This document shows positions 1 to 10,119 of a DNA stretch of 64,000 bases, piece by piece (the first letter of the stretch is position 1; the number at the start of each line of letters is the position of its first letter). This stretch comes from Callorhinchus milii (taxonomy: Eukaryota). Under the pieces are notes generated by a model. The model saw only the letters and a program-made list of their open reading frames with translations, was not told the DNA's origin and made no database searches. The stretch spans positions 38,752,001-38,816,000 of the forward strand of contig NW_024704743.1 in assembly GCF_018977255.1 (NCBI RefSeq), in the 5' to 3' direction. Position numbers and translations under genes: made by a program.

Positions 1-525
1 TTTGAATCGGACGGCTGTGTGTTCATAGCCCCAGAACTCACATAGTTTAAGATGACATTCCATTTCAGAACGTCCAGAATTTGGCAAAATTCGTAATTAT
101 AGCCTTAAATTTGAAGTCAGTTTTCTGGAATTTTCTTGACGACCTAATTACAGAAAGCGGTTTTCAAAGTTAAAATTAAATTTAATAATTTGTCAAATTC
201 TGGGCACTCTAAAATGCTACAAAGAGTAGATCTAGACCCAAGCGGAATTTCTCGCATAAATGTTATAAAGGAGTGAGCTATCCCTCCATGACAAACACTT
301 TGGACCACCATCACAGTGTGGGCCAAGGTAGCCAACAAATAATATCAAGCCTTGACAGGAAATTTGTTTATGTGACTGCTTGATAGATAACTAAATGTTA
401 TATCCTCATTACTGTGATACTATCATTCTTCTTCTTATTATTATATTATTATATCCATCAATACTATGGTACGCAATACTTTTTGTTTCTAGTTGTAAAG
501 AAAGTTATGAAGAAAATAATTGTCG

Positions 526-1160
526 CAACAAAATTATATTTGTATAACGCCTTTCATGTTGGGAGGACGTCCCAAGGCGCTGGACAGTCAGTGTTTTGGA
601 CCCGAGCTGGAGGTCGGGATCGGGGAGGGTGGAAAGCAGGCGGGGAAAGAGAGTGATCGAAGGCACGGTCATAGAGGCGGGTCTTGAGACGGGTCCTGAA
701 GGAGGCAAGAGAGGGGGCAAGACGGAGGAACTGTGGGATGGAGTTCCAGAGGGTGGGGGCAGAGTGGCGGAAGGTCCGCCCACCAATGGTGGGGCGAGCG
801 AGGCGGGGGATGTGAAGCAGGCCGGAGCCCGCTGAGCGGAGGGAGTGGGCAGGATGGTAGGGGGTTAGGAGGGCACTGAGGTAGGGGGGACCAAGGCCAC
901 GGAGGGCTTTAAAGGTGAGGACCAGGATTTTGAACTCTATCCTCTGTGATAGGATCTCGGAGTCTGGTGCAGGAGAGGACATGAGCTGTAGAGTTCTGGA
1001 TGATCTGCTGCCTGTGGAGGGAGGAGTTGAGGAGGCCGACAAGCAGGGAGTTTGCGTAGTCGAACCTGGATGTTTTGTGGGTAACGGCACGGTTGTAGGG
1101 TAGAAAGGATAGTTGAGGGTCAAACAAGACGCCAAGGTTCCAGGCTGGCTCAGCGAGGTA
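526..1160 (-). mobile_element. L2 LINE 3' fragment (ORF2 C-terminus, 3' stem-loop, tail), internally deleted
   Basis: Translates to SRFDYANSLLVGL...LQLMS and [27 protein letters not shown]...TIGGRTFRHSAPTLWNSIP...SFRTRLKTRL, the typical L2/CR1-clade ORF2 C-terminus. Ends in cagcgccttgggacgtcctcccaacatgaaaggcgtt. Confidence 0.9.
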
Positions 1161-3159
1161 ACATAAAAGCTTGTTTTATTCAACTCATGAGAAAGATCTG
1201 GAAGATTTAGTCATGCGACTCAGCGTAATGAGACTAGCTGCACTGCTGGCTATAAATTCTCTTCTAAATATTGTTGTAGCAAAAATTCCTAAATATACCG
1301 AGGGCCTCTCACTGGCCTGACTTTCTAACTCATAAATTATAATTGTAGATTTTAACCTTGTGTGAGGAAGGTTACCAGTAAAATGTCTTCTTATTTTTGT
1401 TGGGTCATATCGTTGTCTCAGTGTCCAATCCCCAGGCTTCCTTTCAGCATTACTGCAGCCCCACAGGTCACCTGGTGGGTGATCCCACTTACATTGTAAG
1501 CTTTCTCATGCAAGGACCACCCACAGCCTCCATTTGTAGCTCCATTGCCAGTTTCATTGTTTTACGCAGAAAGCTTAAAAGAAGAAAAGTAATGGATCAC
1601 CAAACATGTCAATGAAACAAAGTCCATACGTGTAGCCACTTTTGTTAAGAACCGGCAAACAAGCAAAAAATAATTCCCATTGAAATATTTATTTGTGTAG
1701 CACTGAATTACTGATGTAATAATATTACATTGGGATAAATAGTCAGCCAGCTTCTTTCTGGCTTTAGCTAATGATGTTCAGTGATCATTAAGTACATGAC
1801 GGCCCCTGAAACAGACCTCATGCTGAATTTCTTACCTGCCAGACACCCTTTTCCAACTTGGTTCCCAGTTGGACCAGGGTAAGTTGGCAACTCTTCACTT
1901 GGAGTAAATCACTTTGTGCTATTGGGCATTTAGATTTGACATGAAATTTGGTCTCTCTTTCACTGAAACTTTTACCAAGTAGTTTTTTTATGAAGACTGT
2001 ACCCCTGTTTAAAGAATCACACATTGCTACATTCACTTTCCTTTTCCTTACATCTCATCAACTAGTGGTTTCTCTGAGCTTATACTAGTATTTTAATCGA
2101 CTGACAGAATATCTGTGGCATCACACTGAGTTCCTAATGAGCAGTTTCGATTTGGGAGGATTTTTCTTACGCCTTAAGTACCTTTGTAATCTTCTGTTGT
2201 CAATAAGGAAAATACTATAACCATTTGATGGACTTGGACCCACACATGCAATTGATGTGTTTCTTGGTCTTTGACTTGTGTGTAAGATCTTTGGTCCAAT
2301 AGCACAAAGATCACAAACGGGATCTAAATTGCGGTATTTCTTGATGTGATTCGTTAATAAGGAACTAAAGTCATGCAAATAGTGTAAGTACTGCACACCG
2401 GTCAACATGAAGTCTACTTCATCACAATCTCTTTCCTTAGAGAAGCTTTGATTTGTTGCCATTGGGAATTCTAATAGGATTTTTAAAGGAATTCCATTAA
2501 GAAATGCCTCAAATTACACTGCAAAATTTATCAGGCCGAATGGTGCATATAGGCTTTGGTATCTTGTCAACCTTATTGACATATAGGAAGGCAATGTGGC
2601 CACTAGGGCAGTTTTCTTGTTTGAGGTTTTCTTCAGGAAAACATATTGCTGTTGGACAATCTTATACAAGATACTCGTAGCAGATATAACTGGAAAACAC
2701 TTTTTCCATGGGTAACAATCCATTAAGAAAATGTTCAAGTGTAGGTGACATACACATGTATTACTCCCAGTCTGGTTTGGGTATTCTTAAGCATGGTGCT
2801 GGGTTTCCACATGTGTCAGAAATCCGGCTGACCTGAAAAAAATCATAACCACAATTGCCACATATTGTACGATATGTAAAGTAATCGCAATGTCATAGAC
2901 CCAGCAGAAGCCTGAAATATACTGTGGTTCAGCATTATGATAGTTGTCAGTCAGGAAATCACAAGGCCTCGCTGCATGACTCATTTTACCTATTTATCAT
3001 AAGGCCATGTAAACAAAATGTTTCTATTCCTGACAAGCGACTTTGGAAAAACAGTGAGGCATGAAGAAGCACACAGGAGTGAAGTGGTACATACCCGTGT
3101 AATCCATTAGCTGTTTAAAGTCTATAGTAAGACTGATGAACATACTCAATCCCTTTGTT

Positions 3160-3390
3160 AAATTATTTCAAAACCTTCAATTAAGTCTCCTCTTAACCTT
3201 CTCTGCTCCAAGGAGAATAATCTTAGCTTCTGTAGCCTCTCCTCATAACTGAAGTACCTGATTCCAAGTACCATCCTGGTAAATCTCCTTTGCACACTCT
3301 CCATTGCTTTGACATCCTTCCTAAAGTGTGGTACCCAGAACTAAACACAGTACTCTAGCTGAGGCCCAACCAGTGTCATTGGCTGTTTCG
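3160..3390 (-). mobile_element. CR1 LINE fragment
   Basis: Reverse strand reads LEYCV.FW.PH..KDVKAMESVQRRFTRMV...YEERLQKLRLFSLEQRRLRGDLIE, the CR1 ORF2 C-terminal motif. Confidence 0.8.
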
Positions 3391-5904
3391 CGCTCCATCC
3401 TTTTTTTTTTGCACTTTGGCTTTTGTAAATCTTGGTTAACCATTTTGCAAACATTACAAGTTGACAATTTGGGATTTTTGTTAGCAGAGTTTCTCCGGGT
3501 GTCTCCATCAGCAATCCTCCCAGATTAAAAAAAGGATGATTATTCACCTTGCTGTTCATAACATGGCTCCTTCATTTCGTACAGCAGCAGCCACTTCAGG
3601 TATCATTGCTGTATGGTGCTTTGACACATTTCTAAAATAAGATACGATAAGAAAGAAAGTTCTTTCTTTCACACATGGGAAGAGGGAGGAGAAAACATGA
3701 ACATATTTGACTCTAGTATTTCTACTTGAGAAAAGCACAAGCAACATTTACGCTGGAGCAAAAGACAATTTGTAACCCCATCCTAATGGAAAATTCAGGC
3801 TCCAATGTTGGGTATTACTTACAGAACTGCCACTCACTAAATCTTGCCAGCACTATGTATATTGTAATACAAATGAAATGGTGCTGTTGCCAACTGGAGT
3901 GTTGGGTCTTCATCTTACCTCAAGAAGCAAATAGGTTGATGCATGTCTACTTACCAGCCGGCTGTATTGAATTGCGGGAAACCTGGTCTTTATCCGTCGA
4001 CACACGCACAGAAAAACGATTCCAACCTTCGCCAGTAAGTGTATGCGATGATGTGTCAAGACATATTGAATCCCAGGGAATGTCGTCTTAACCCATCACT
4101 GCATGAGCACTTACCGGCTGCAATGATAAATTACCACTTGTGCGCTTACTGACTACATTAAATGACTCATGCGAAGTGTAGATTATTGATTAAATCGGAT
4201 TTTCTACAACTTCTACAGTTTGTCTGCAACGTAGACTTTGTATAAGTCATATTGATTGTTATGGGCCTGCCTGATATGACTTATATGAGTTTTGCTGTAT
4301 AAATGTACATTGTATTGTATTATTTGAGTCATCCCCTCATTCCGGCAGATCACAGGATAGTGACATTCACGGATGTTTTTATATGAGTCTCCAGAGTGTC
4401 TGCCTCCACTGTCTTCAGACCACTTAGGAGGCTGTTGTGGGAGAAAAAAGACCAAATGCATAAAGGAAGAGTCAACACTCACAGAAAAATTCCTTCTCCA
4501 TAAACATAGCACAACTGCTTCCACAGTCCCCAAACAGTAACAACAACTTGCATTTATATAGTGCTCTTCACGTGGTAGCATTCCAGAGCTATAAGACTTT
4601 CCATTTACAATTATGTTCTATTATTATTATTGGGTTCTCAGACCCCAGGTTTTTTTTAATACATAGAATTTGATTTTGATAACTGTTACCGTATACTCTG
4701 TAACTAAACCTTTTGTAATACCACAAACTCGGGCAAAGCCAGATAGGGCAAAGGGAAAGGTTGTATGTAGGTTTTTGTCCTAACCATTTTCAAGTTCAAC
4801 ATTTCTGGGCCAACCAAAGGAATGCAAACTGGTTGGCTGTACAAAATCCATCTGAATTTACTCAAGTTTCACAGGGGCAAAGTCCTGAACTGACTGAAAG
4901 TTTTTAAGACACTTTCATGGATTTTTGCAAATTCTGTTGCTTTTTGTGGTAATGATGGATTGAAATAACCTTTCCTGAAACCATAGAAGAACCTGGCGTA
5001 AAATTCAGTCTTAAGGGAAAAGAACATAATGCTCCAGTATAAATGCATATTAAGTTGGCTATGAGCTCTGGATAAGTGGCAGATTCAATGGTTGATGTAC
5101 ACTGCCTTGCACCGGTCAAAGCTTGAAACAAAAACAGGACTCTTCTCTGCTTTACAGCTAGCTTGTCATGTGGTGCAATTTAAATTCATCTCTGTTCAAT
5201 TTATTCACCAGCAATAACCAATCGTTGTTATGACACTTACCCCAATTCAGGATTGCTAATAACCGACAGTGAATTAGACCCGTTCCTTTGTGAGTTGGAA
5301 GGAGTCATGAGCACTGCAGGCATGAGTGAGTTATGATGTCCTTTAACATAAGTGAATTCACTGGCAACTTTCTATTTATTCTATGAGTGTGCTGCTCCTG
5401 TGTGCAGGTCCTGGAAGCTTAATAAACACATGCACGTTTTTGTCAGTTGTCAATGCAGTAATAAGAGCACTATGGTTGAGTTTCTCCCAGTGTGTTTGGC
5501 AACCGTTTGGGTTAACTGTTCATTCACGTATAGCTCTTTGTAGGTCCTTGCTGCATGTAAATGGCTACCATATCTGCTAACAAATACAGTCACTAATTTT
5601 GATAGTTATTGTTTGTGAAGTGATTTGAGACGTTTTGGCAATCTTGTATGAGGAACTATAAAATGCAAATTCTTTCTGCGTTAAAAGATCAGCAGGGGAT
5701 TTTTTTTGGCAATAGCTGGCATTTACTCCTGAATGTAGCAATGTTATACAATATCGACAAGAGGCTGTATTTTTCTCCTGCTTATAAAGAGCTGATGTAG
5801 TGTCTTGAGAATTACATCAGGAAAGTCAGTGAGGGAGTGAGTTGTTGCTAATTTTGATCTATCACTCGGTATGTGTATGTGGCAGTGGCAATGCGATTAA
5901 TGGA

Positions 5905-6118
5905 AGTGAGTTTTTCCCAATGTCCTAGCCAACAATCCCCCACATAAAAGTGGTCATTCACTTCATGGCTGTTTGTGGCGACTTTGCTGTGCACAAATTG
6001 GCTGCTGTGTTTGCCTACAAAGTATATAGTGACTACACTTTACAGTATATCTTGTAAAGCTCTTTGAGACATCCTCCTGGTTTTAAATGTACTATATCAA
6101 TTGCAAGGAATATTATTC
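5905..6118 (+). mobile_element. DeuSINE-like SINE, 3' half
   Basis: tgtcctagccaacaatcccc...tgtttgtggcgactttgctgtgcacaaattggctgc...aagctctttgagacatc...gcaagga matches the other copies in the window. Confidence 0.65.
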
Positions 6119-6724
6119 TTAAGACTACCATCTCCAATTCACAGAAGATGATTTCAACCTTCCTGGGATCATGTGGTGCAATTTCTTTTCATGGAACTTT
6201 TTTGTGAGAGGTTATGAGCCAGTTGCACTCTTCAATGTGAGTAAGACAGGGAAATATACAAAGCAGTACAGAAAAAAATAGGAACATACTTTCTGCACAG
6301 GCAAAGGTTTACTGCTGACAACACTCTGCCTCTCAGAGGCTTGGAAACAATAGGGTTAATATTTCAATGTGGGATAATAATTATTACTGGTGAAAATTGT
6401 CACTTCATTGATAAATGAGATCAAAACTGTCGATAATAAGACTGCCCATGGTTATGAACAATGGTAGGTCCCGAAGACGTCCTCGATCACCATTGGATTG
6501 CTGGATCATGGAGCATACTGTCAGAGTATCGGTTGGTATGATGCTATCTTAATGTAACACAAGCAATCAGTAATCCAGTATCTAGCAAGACAGTTGGTCC
6601 AGGTTGGAGCTGGGTCCAGCCACTGTGACGGAATCAAAAGCAGATGATTCTTACCCATGACCAGTATTGTTAGTGACCTCATTGATTAAGCCTATAACTT
6701 CTCTTTTACCTCATTATCACAATC

Positions 6725-6946
6725 TGAGGGATTATTGGCCAAGACCCCTTCTCTTTTCTAATCTAGCCATGGGATCTGAACAGGCAGATTGGACTTCGGT
6801 TAGAATCTTATACTTTGGATAGTATCTCTGATAACACACAGCATTGAAGTGTTAGCATACACTATGAGCTCAAATCCCAATATAGAGCTTGATCCTACAA
6901 CTTTCTGATTCAGAGGCGAGAGTGCTATCAAATAAGCTAGACTGAT
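6725..6946 (-). mobile_element. DeuSINE-like SINE, 5' half
   Basis: Reverse complement has a tRNA-like head (tcagtctagcttatttgatagcactctcgcctctgaatcagaaagttgtagg) and the Deu-like core (gatcccatggc...gaagggg...ttggccaataatccc). Confidence 0.65.
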
Positions 6947-7282
6947 GGCTATCACTGTATTGGATAAAATAACAATTCAGTTATGTTAAAATGTACTACA
7001 ACGCTAATATATACTTATATAGCACCTTTCATTCAGAAAAACATCTCAAAGGGCTTTACAGATTTGAGGTGTGAGCCCAGTGGTAGATAGAGCCAGATAG
7101 GAGCCAGATGGCGGAAGCATAGTCAAAGTGTTAGAAAGGTTTTTAGAAAAGTTTTGAAACCAGAGGAGAAGGAAGCTAAATAGAGACATTTAGGGAGAGT
7201 TTCGGAGAGTAAACCTATATTTTCCAAAACGTGTTCTGTTGTTATTATTTACTCACATGAATTCCCTTTGTTTATTTTCCAG

Positions 7283-7894
7283 ATTCGGATTTGAGTATGC
7301 GGACCTTGAGCACGCCAAGCCCTATACTGATGTGTCCTCCAAATGTCCAGCTCTTTCAGAATGGCCAAGGATCTTCCACCTCCTCTTCCTCTATTACAGG
7401 GGAAACCATCGCTATGATCCATTCCCAGCCCCTGCTCCATAAATCCCAGTGTATCATCAGGCCGGCATCGAGACAGCAGAAGGAACAGGCCCCTGTAGAC
7501 ACGCTACTGGACCAAACCTTGATCCAGATCTTCTCGCACCTGCCCACCAACCTGTTGTGTCAATGTGCACGTGTTTGTCGGCGCTGGTACAACCTGTGCT
7601 GGGACCCCCGTCTGTGGAGGACTATTCGCTTGACAGGTGAAACAATGAACGTGGACAGGGCCTTGCGGGTGCTCACCCGAAGGTTGTGTCAGGACACACC
7701 TAATGTATGCCTCATGTTGGAAACAGTCATCGTTCAAGGCTGCAGGCGGCTTACAGACAGAGGCCTCTATACCATTGCTCAGTGCTGTCCAGAGCTACGT
7801 CAACTTGAAGTGGCAGGCTGTTACAACATCTCCAATGAAGCGCTCTATGATGTTGTTTCACGGTGTCCCAACCTGGAGTATCTGGATGTTTCAG
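7283..7894 (+). CDS. FBXL7: F-box/LRR-repeat protein 7, penultimate coding exon (612 nt, phase 1/phase 1; F-box plus first LRRs)
   Basis: Acceptor tttgtttattttccAG at 7281-7282 and donor TCAG|gtaact at 7894. Translation DSDLSMRTLSTPSP...GSSTSSSSITGET...CARVCRRWYNLCWDPRLWRTIRLTGE...RLCQDTPNVCLMLETV...LDVSG closely matches vertebrate FBXL7 as recalled. Confidence 0.97.
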
Positions 7895-9015
7895 GTAACT
7901 ACACAACAACAACTTACATTTAAATAGCGTCTTTCACATAATGTAAATAAGTTAAAGCATGTTACAGAATGGGAATAATAAGAAATAGAATGAATGTGGC
8001 TATGGAGGCAAACACGGCAGCTAGGATGTGCAAGCGAAGTCCTGCAAACAACAATGAGCTGAGAAGGCAGTTAGTTAGAATCCGTGGGATAAACTTCAAT
8101 GAGGAGGAGAATAAGAATTCAGGAATTATCAACTCAACCAGCCTTCCTGGTAACCTGTTCCAGTTGTTAATTATTGGTTGGATGGAGAAATATGTTATCC
8201 CCTGGTTTAAACAGAAATGCAAGCCTAGTCTAAAACTGCAATTCACATCCAATGTATTGGCTGACAACAAAAGGTCACAGCAGCACAGATCGATGCTGCA
8301 GAACTAGCAGTTTTATAACCTGATTTGAATTTTCATTTTAGCTTTATGTAAAGTTGCAAAATTTAGTAGCTAGCACAAGCAGTCACATTAGCACGATACA
8401 GATCCTATTAATGCTACCAATTGAGATAGACTGACCTTACTGAATAACGGTGTCCCTTCATGCATTATGGGAAACAATGGCAATTTTTACAGAATAGCAG
8501 TGACATAAAGTCCTACAAAAATTATAATTTGGTGGCAGGCAAAATTAGAGTATTTTGACATTTTGTTAACCTTGACAACTAATGAATAACGGTCACTGCA
8601 TGTAACAATAATTACTTTTAAACACCTTCAGATGTTTCAATACATAAGATGCTATAAAACTGCAAATTCTTCTAGTGTCAAATAAATAAAATTGAATTAT
8701 GGTATAAATATAGTTTTGTTTATACTGAATGATGGAAAGCACTACTAATGGAATGGATTAGATCATCATGTGCACAGATTGAGGTTGTCTTCTTTCCATA
8801 TATATGGAGCCAAAATTATCACTGGTGATAATCACACCAACCAAACAATGTGGTCAAAAGCAATCAATATTGGGTGACATTGGGTGACGCCACTCCACCC
8901 CCCACCCCCACCCCGTGACAATATTGTTACATTAGACACAAGCTGGGATGGATCCTAACTGAACTTGTGTTAATACAGTCTGGGAGGGAGGGGCGTGAAC
9001 ACGACAGAGGGAAGT

Positions 9016-9201
9016 ACAACAACAACAACAACAACAAGATTCCATTTATAGAGCGCCTTTCACGTCAGGAGGATGTCCCAAGGCGCTGTACAGTTGGGTC
9101 AGGACCCGAGCAGGGGGGAAAAGGTCAGGGTGAGGGGAGGGAAGGGAGGGAGCGAGGAGGGGGTAGAGAGTCGAGAGGGGAGCCGAAGGCTCGGTCAAAG
9201 A
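9016..9201 (-). mobile_element. L2 3' end in the last FBXL7 intron
   Basis: (caa)n tail followed by gattccatttatagagcgcctttcacgtcaggaggatgtcccaaggcgctg stem-loop and a G-rich 3' UTR. Confidence 0.85.
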
Positions 9202-9382
9202 GTAATGAAATTATGAGTATTACATCTTTGGATGCTGATTTATCGCTTTGGCCTTTGAAATGAAAGAGTTTCTTTAATAAAGTGATTTTTGGACCATATG
9301 TTGTAACAAATCTTACATATTGAAATTTTAATCCTCTAAATGCATTGTGTTCCCATTTAACATCCCAGTTTCCTCTCTCTAG

Positions 9383-10119
9383 GTTGTTCCAAGGTGACCT
9401 GCATTAGTCTTACTCGAGAGGCCTCCATCAAACTCTCCCCACTGCACGGAAAACAGATCTCCATTCGCTATCTGAATATGACGGATTGCTTTGTACTTGA
9501 AGATGAGGGGCTGCACACAATAGCTGCTCACTGCACCCAGTTGACTCACCTCTACATGCGCCGGTGTATCCGAGTCACAGATGAGGGCCTGCGTTACCTG
9601 ATGCTTTACTGTACATCAATCAAGGAGCTGAGTGTCAGTGACTGTCGGGCGGTGAGCGATTTCGGCATGAGAGAGGTAGCAAAGCTGGAAGTGCAACTGA
9701 AGTATCTCAGCATTGCTCACTGTGGCCGGATCACAGATGTGGGTATCCGTTATATTGCAAAGTATTGCAGTAAACTGCGGTATCTCAATGCTCGAGGTTG
9801 TGAAGGAATAACGGATCATGGTATTGAGTACCTAGCCAAAAATTGCACAAAACTCAAATCTCTGGATATAGGGAAGTGTCCTTTAGTTTCGGATGCAGGG
9901 ATGGAGTTTTTAGCGTTAAACTGCTACAATCTGAAACGGCTAAGCCTTAAGTCATGCGAGAGCATCACCGGTCGTGGATTACAGATCGTTGCGGCCAACT
10001 GCTTTGAGCTTCAGATGTTGAACGTGCAGGACTGCGACATCTCTGTCGAGGCACTACGCTTTGTCAAGCGCCACTGCAAGCGATGCATTATAGAGCACAC
10101 CAACCCTGCCTTCTTCTAA
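9383..10119 (+). CDS. FBXL7: F-box/LRR-repeat protein 7, terminal coding exon (LRRs to stop)
   Basis: Acceptor tttcctctctctAG at 9381-9382, phase-compatible with the previous exon (G|GT = Gly). Reads GCSKVTCISLTREASIKLSPLHGKQISIRYL...RFVKRHCKRCIIEHTNPAFF, stop TAA at 10117-10119. Confidence 0.97.

Noticed and set aside
7895..7923. ORF-track extension of FBXL7 (GNYTTTTYI*)
   Set aside because: Read-through past the GT donor at 7895. The protein continues in the 9383 exon.
7962..8307. Overlapping 112-aa (+) and 102-aa (-) ORFs in the FBXL7 intron
   Set aside because: No recognisable motif or splice context; consistent with chance ORFs.
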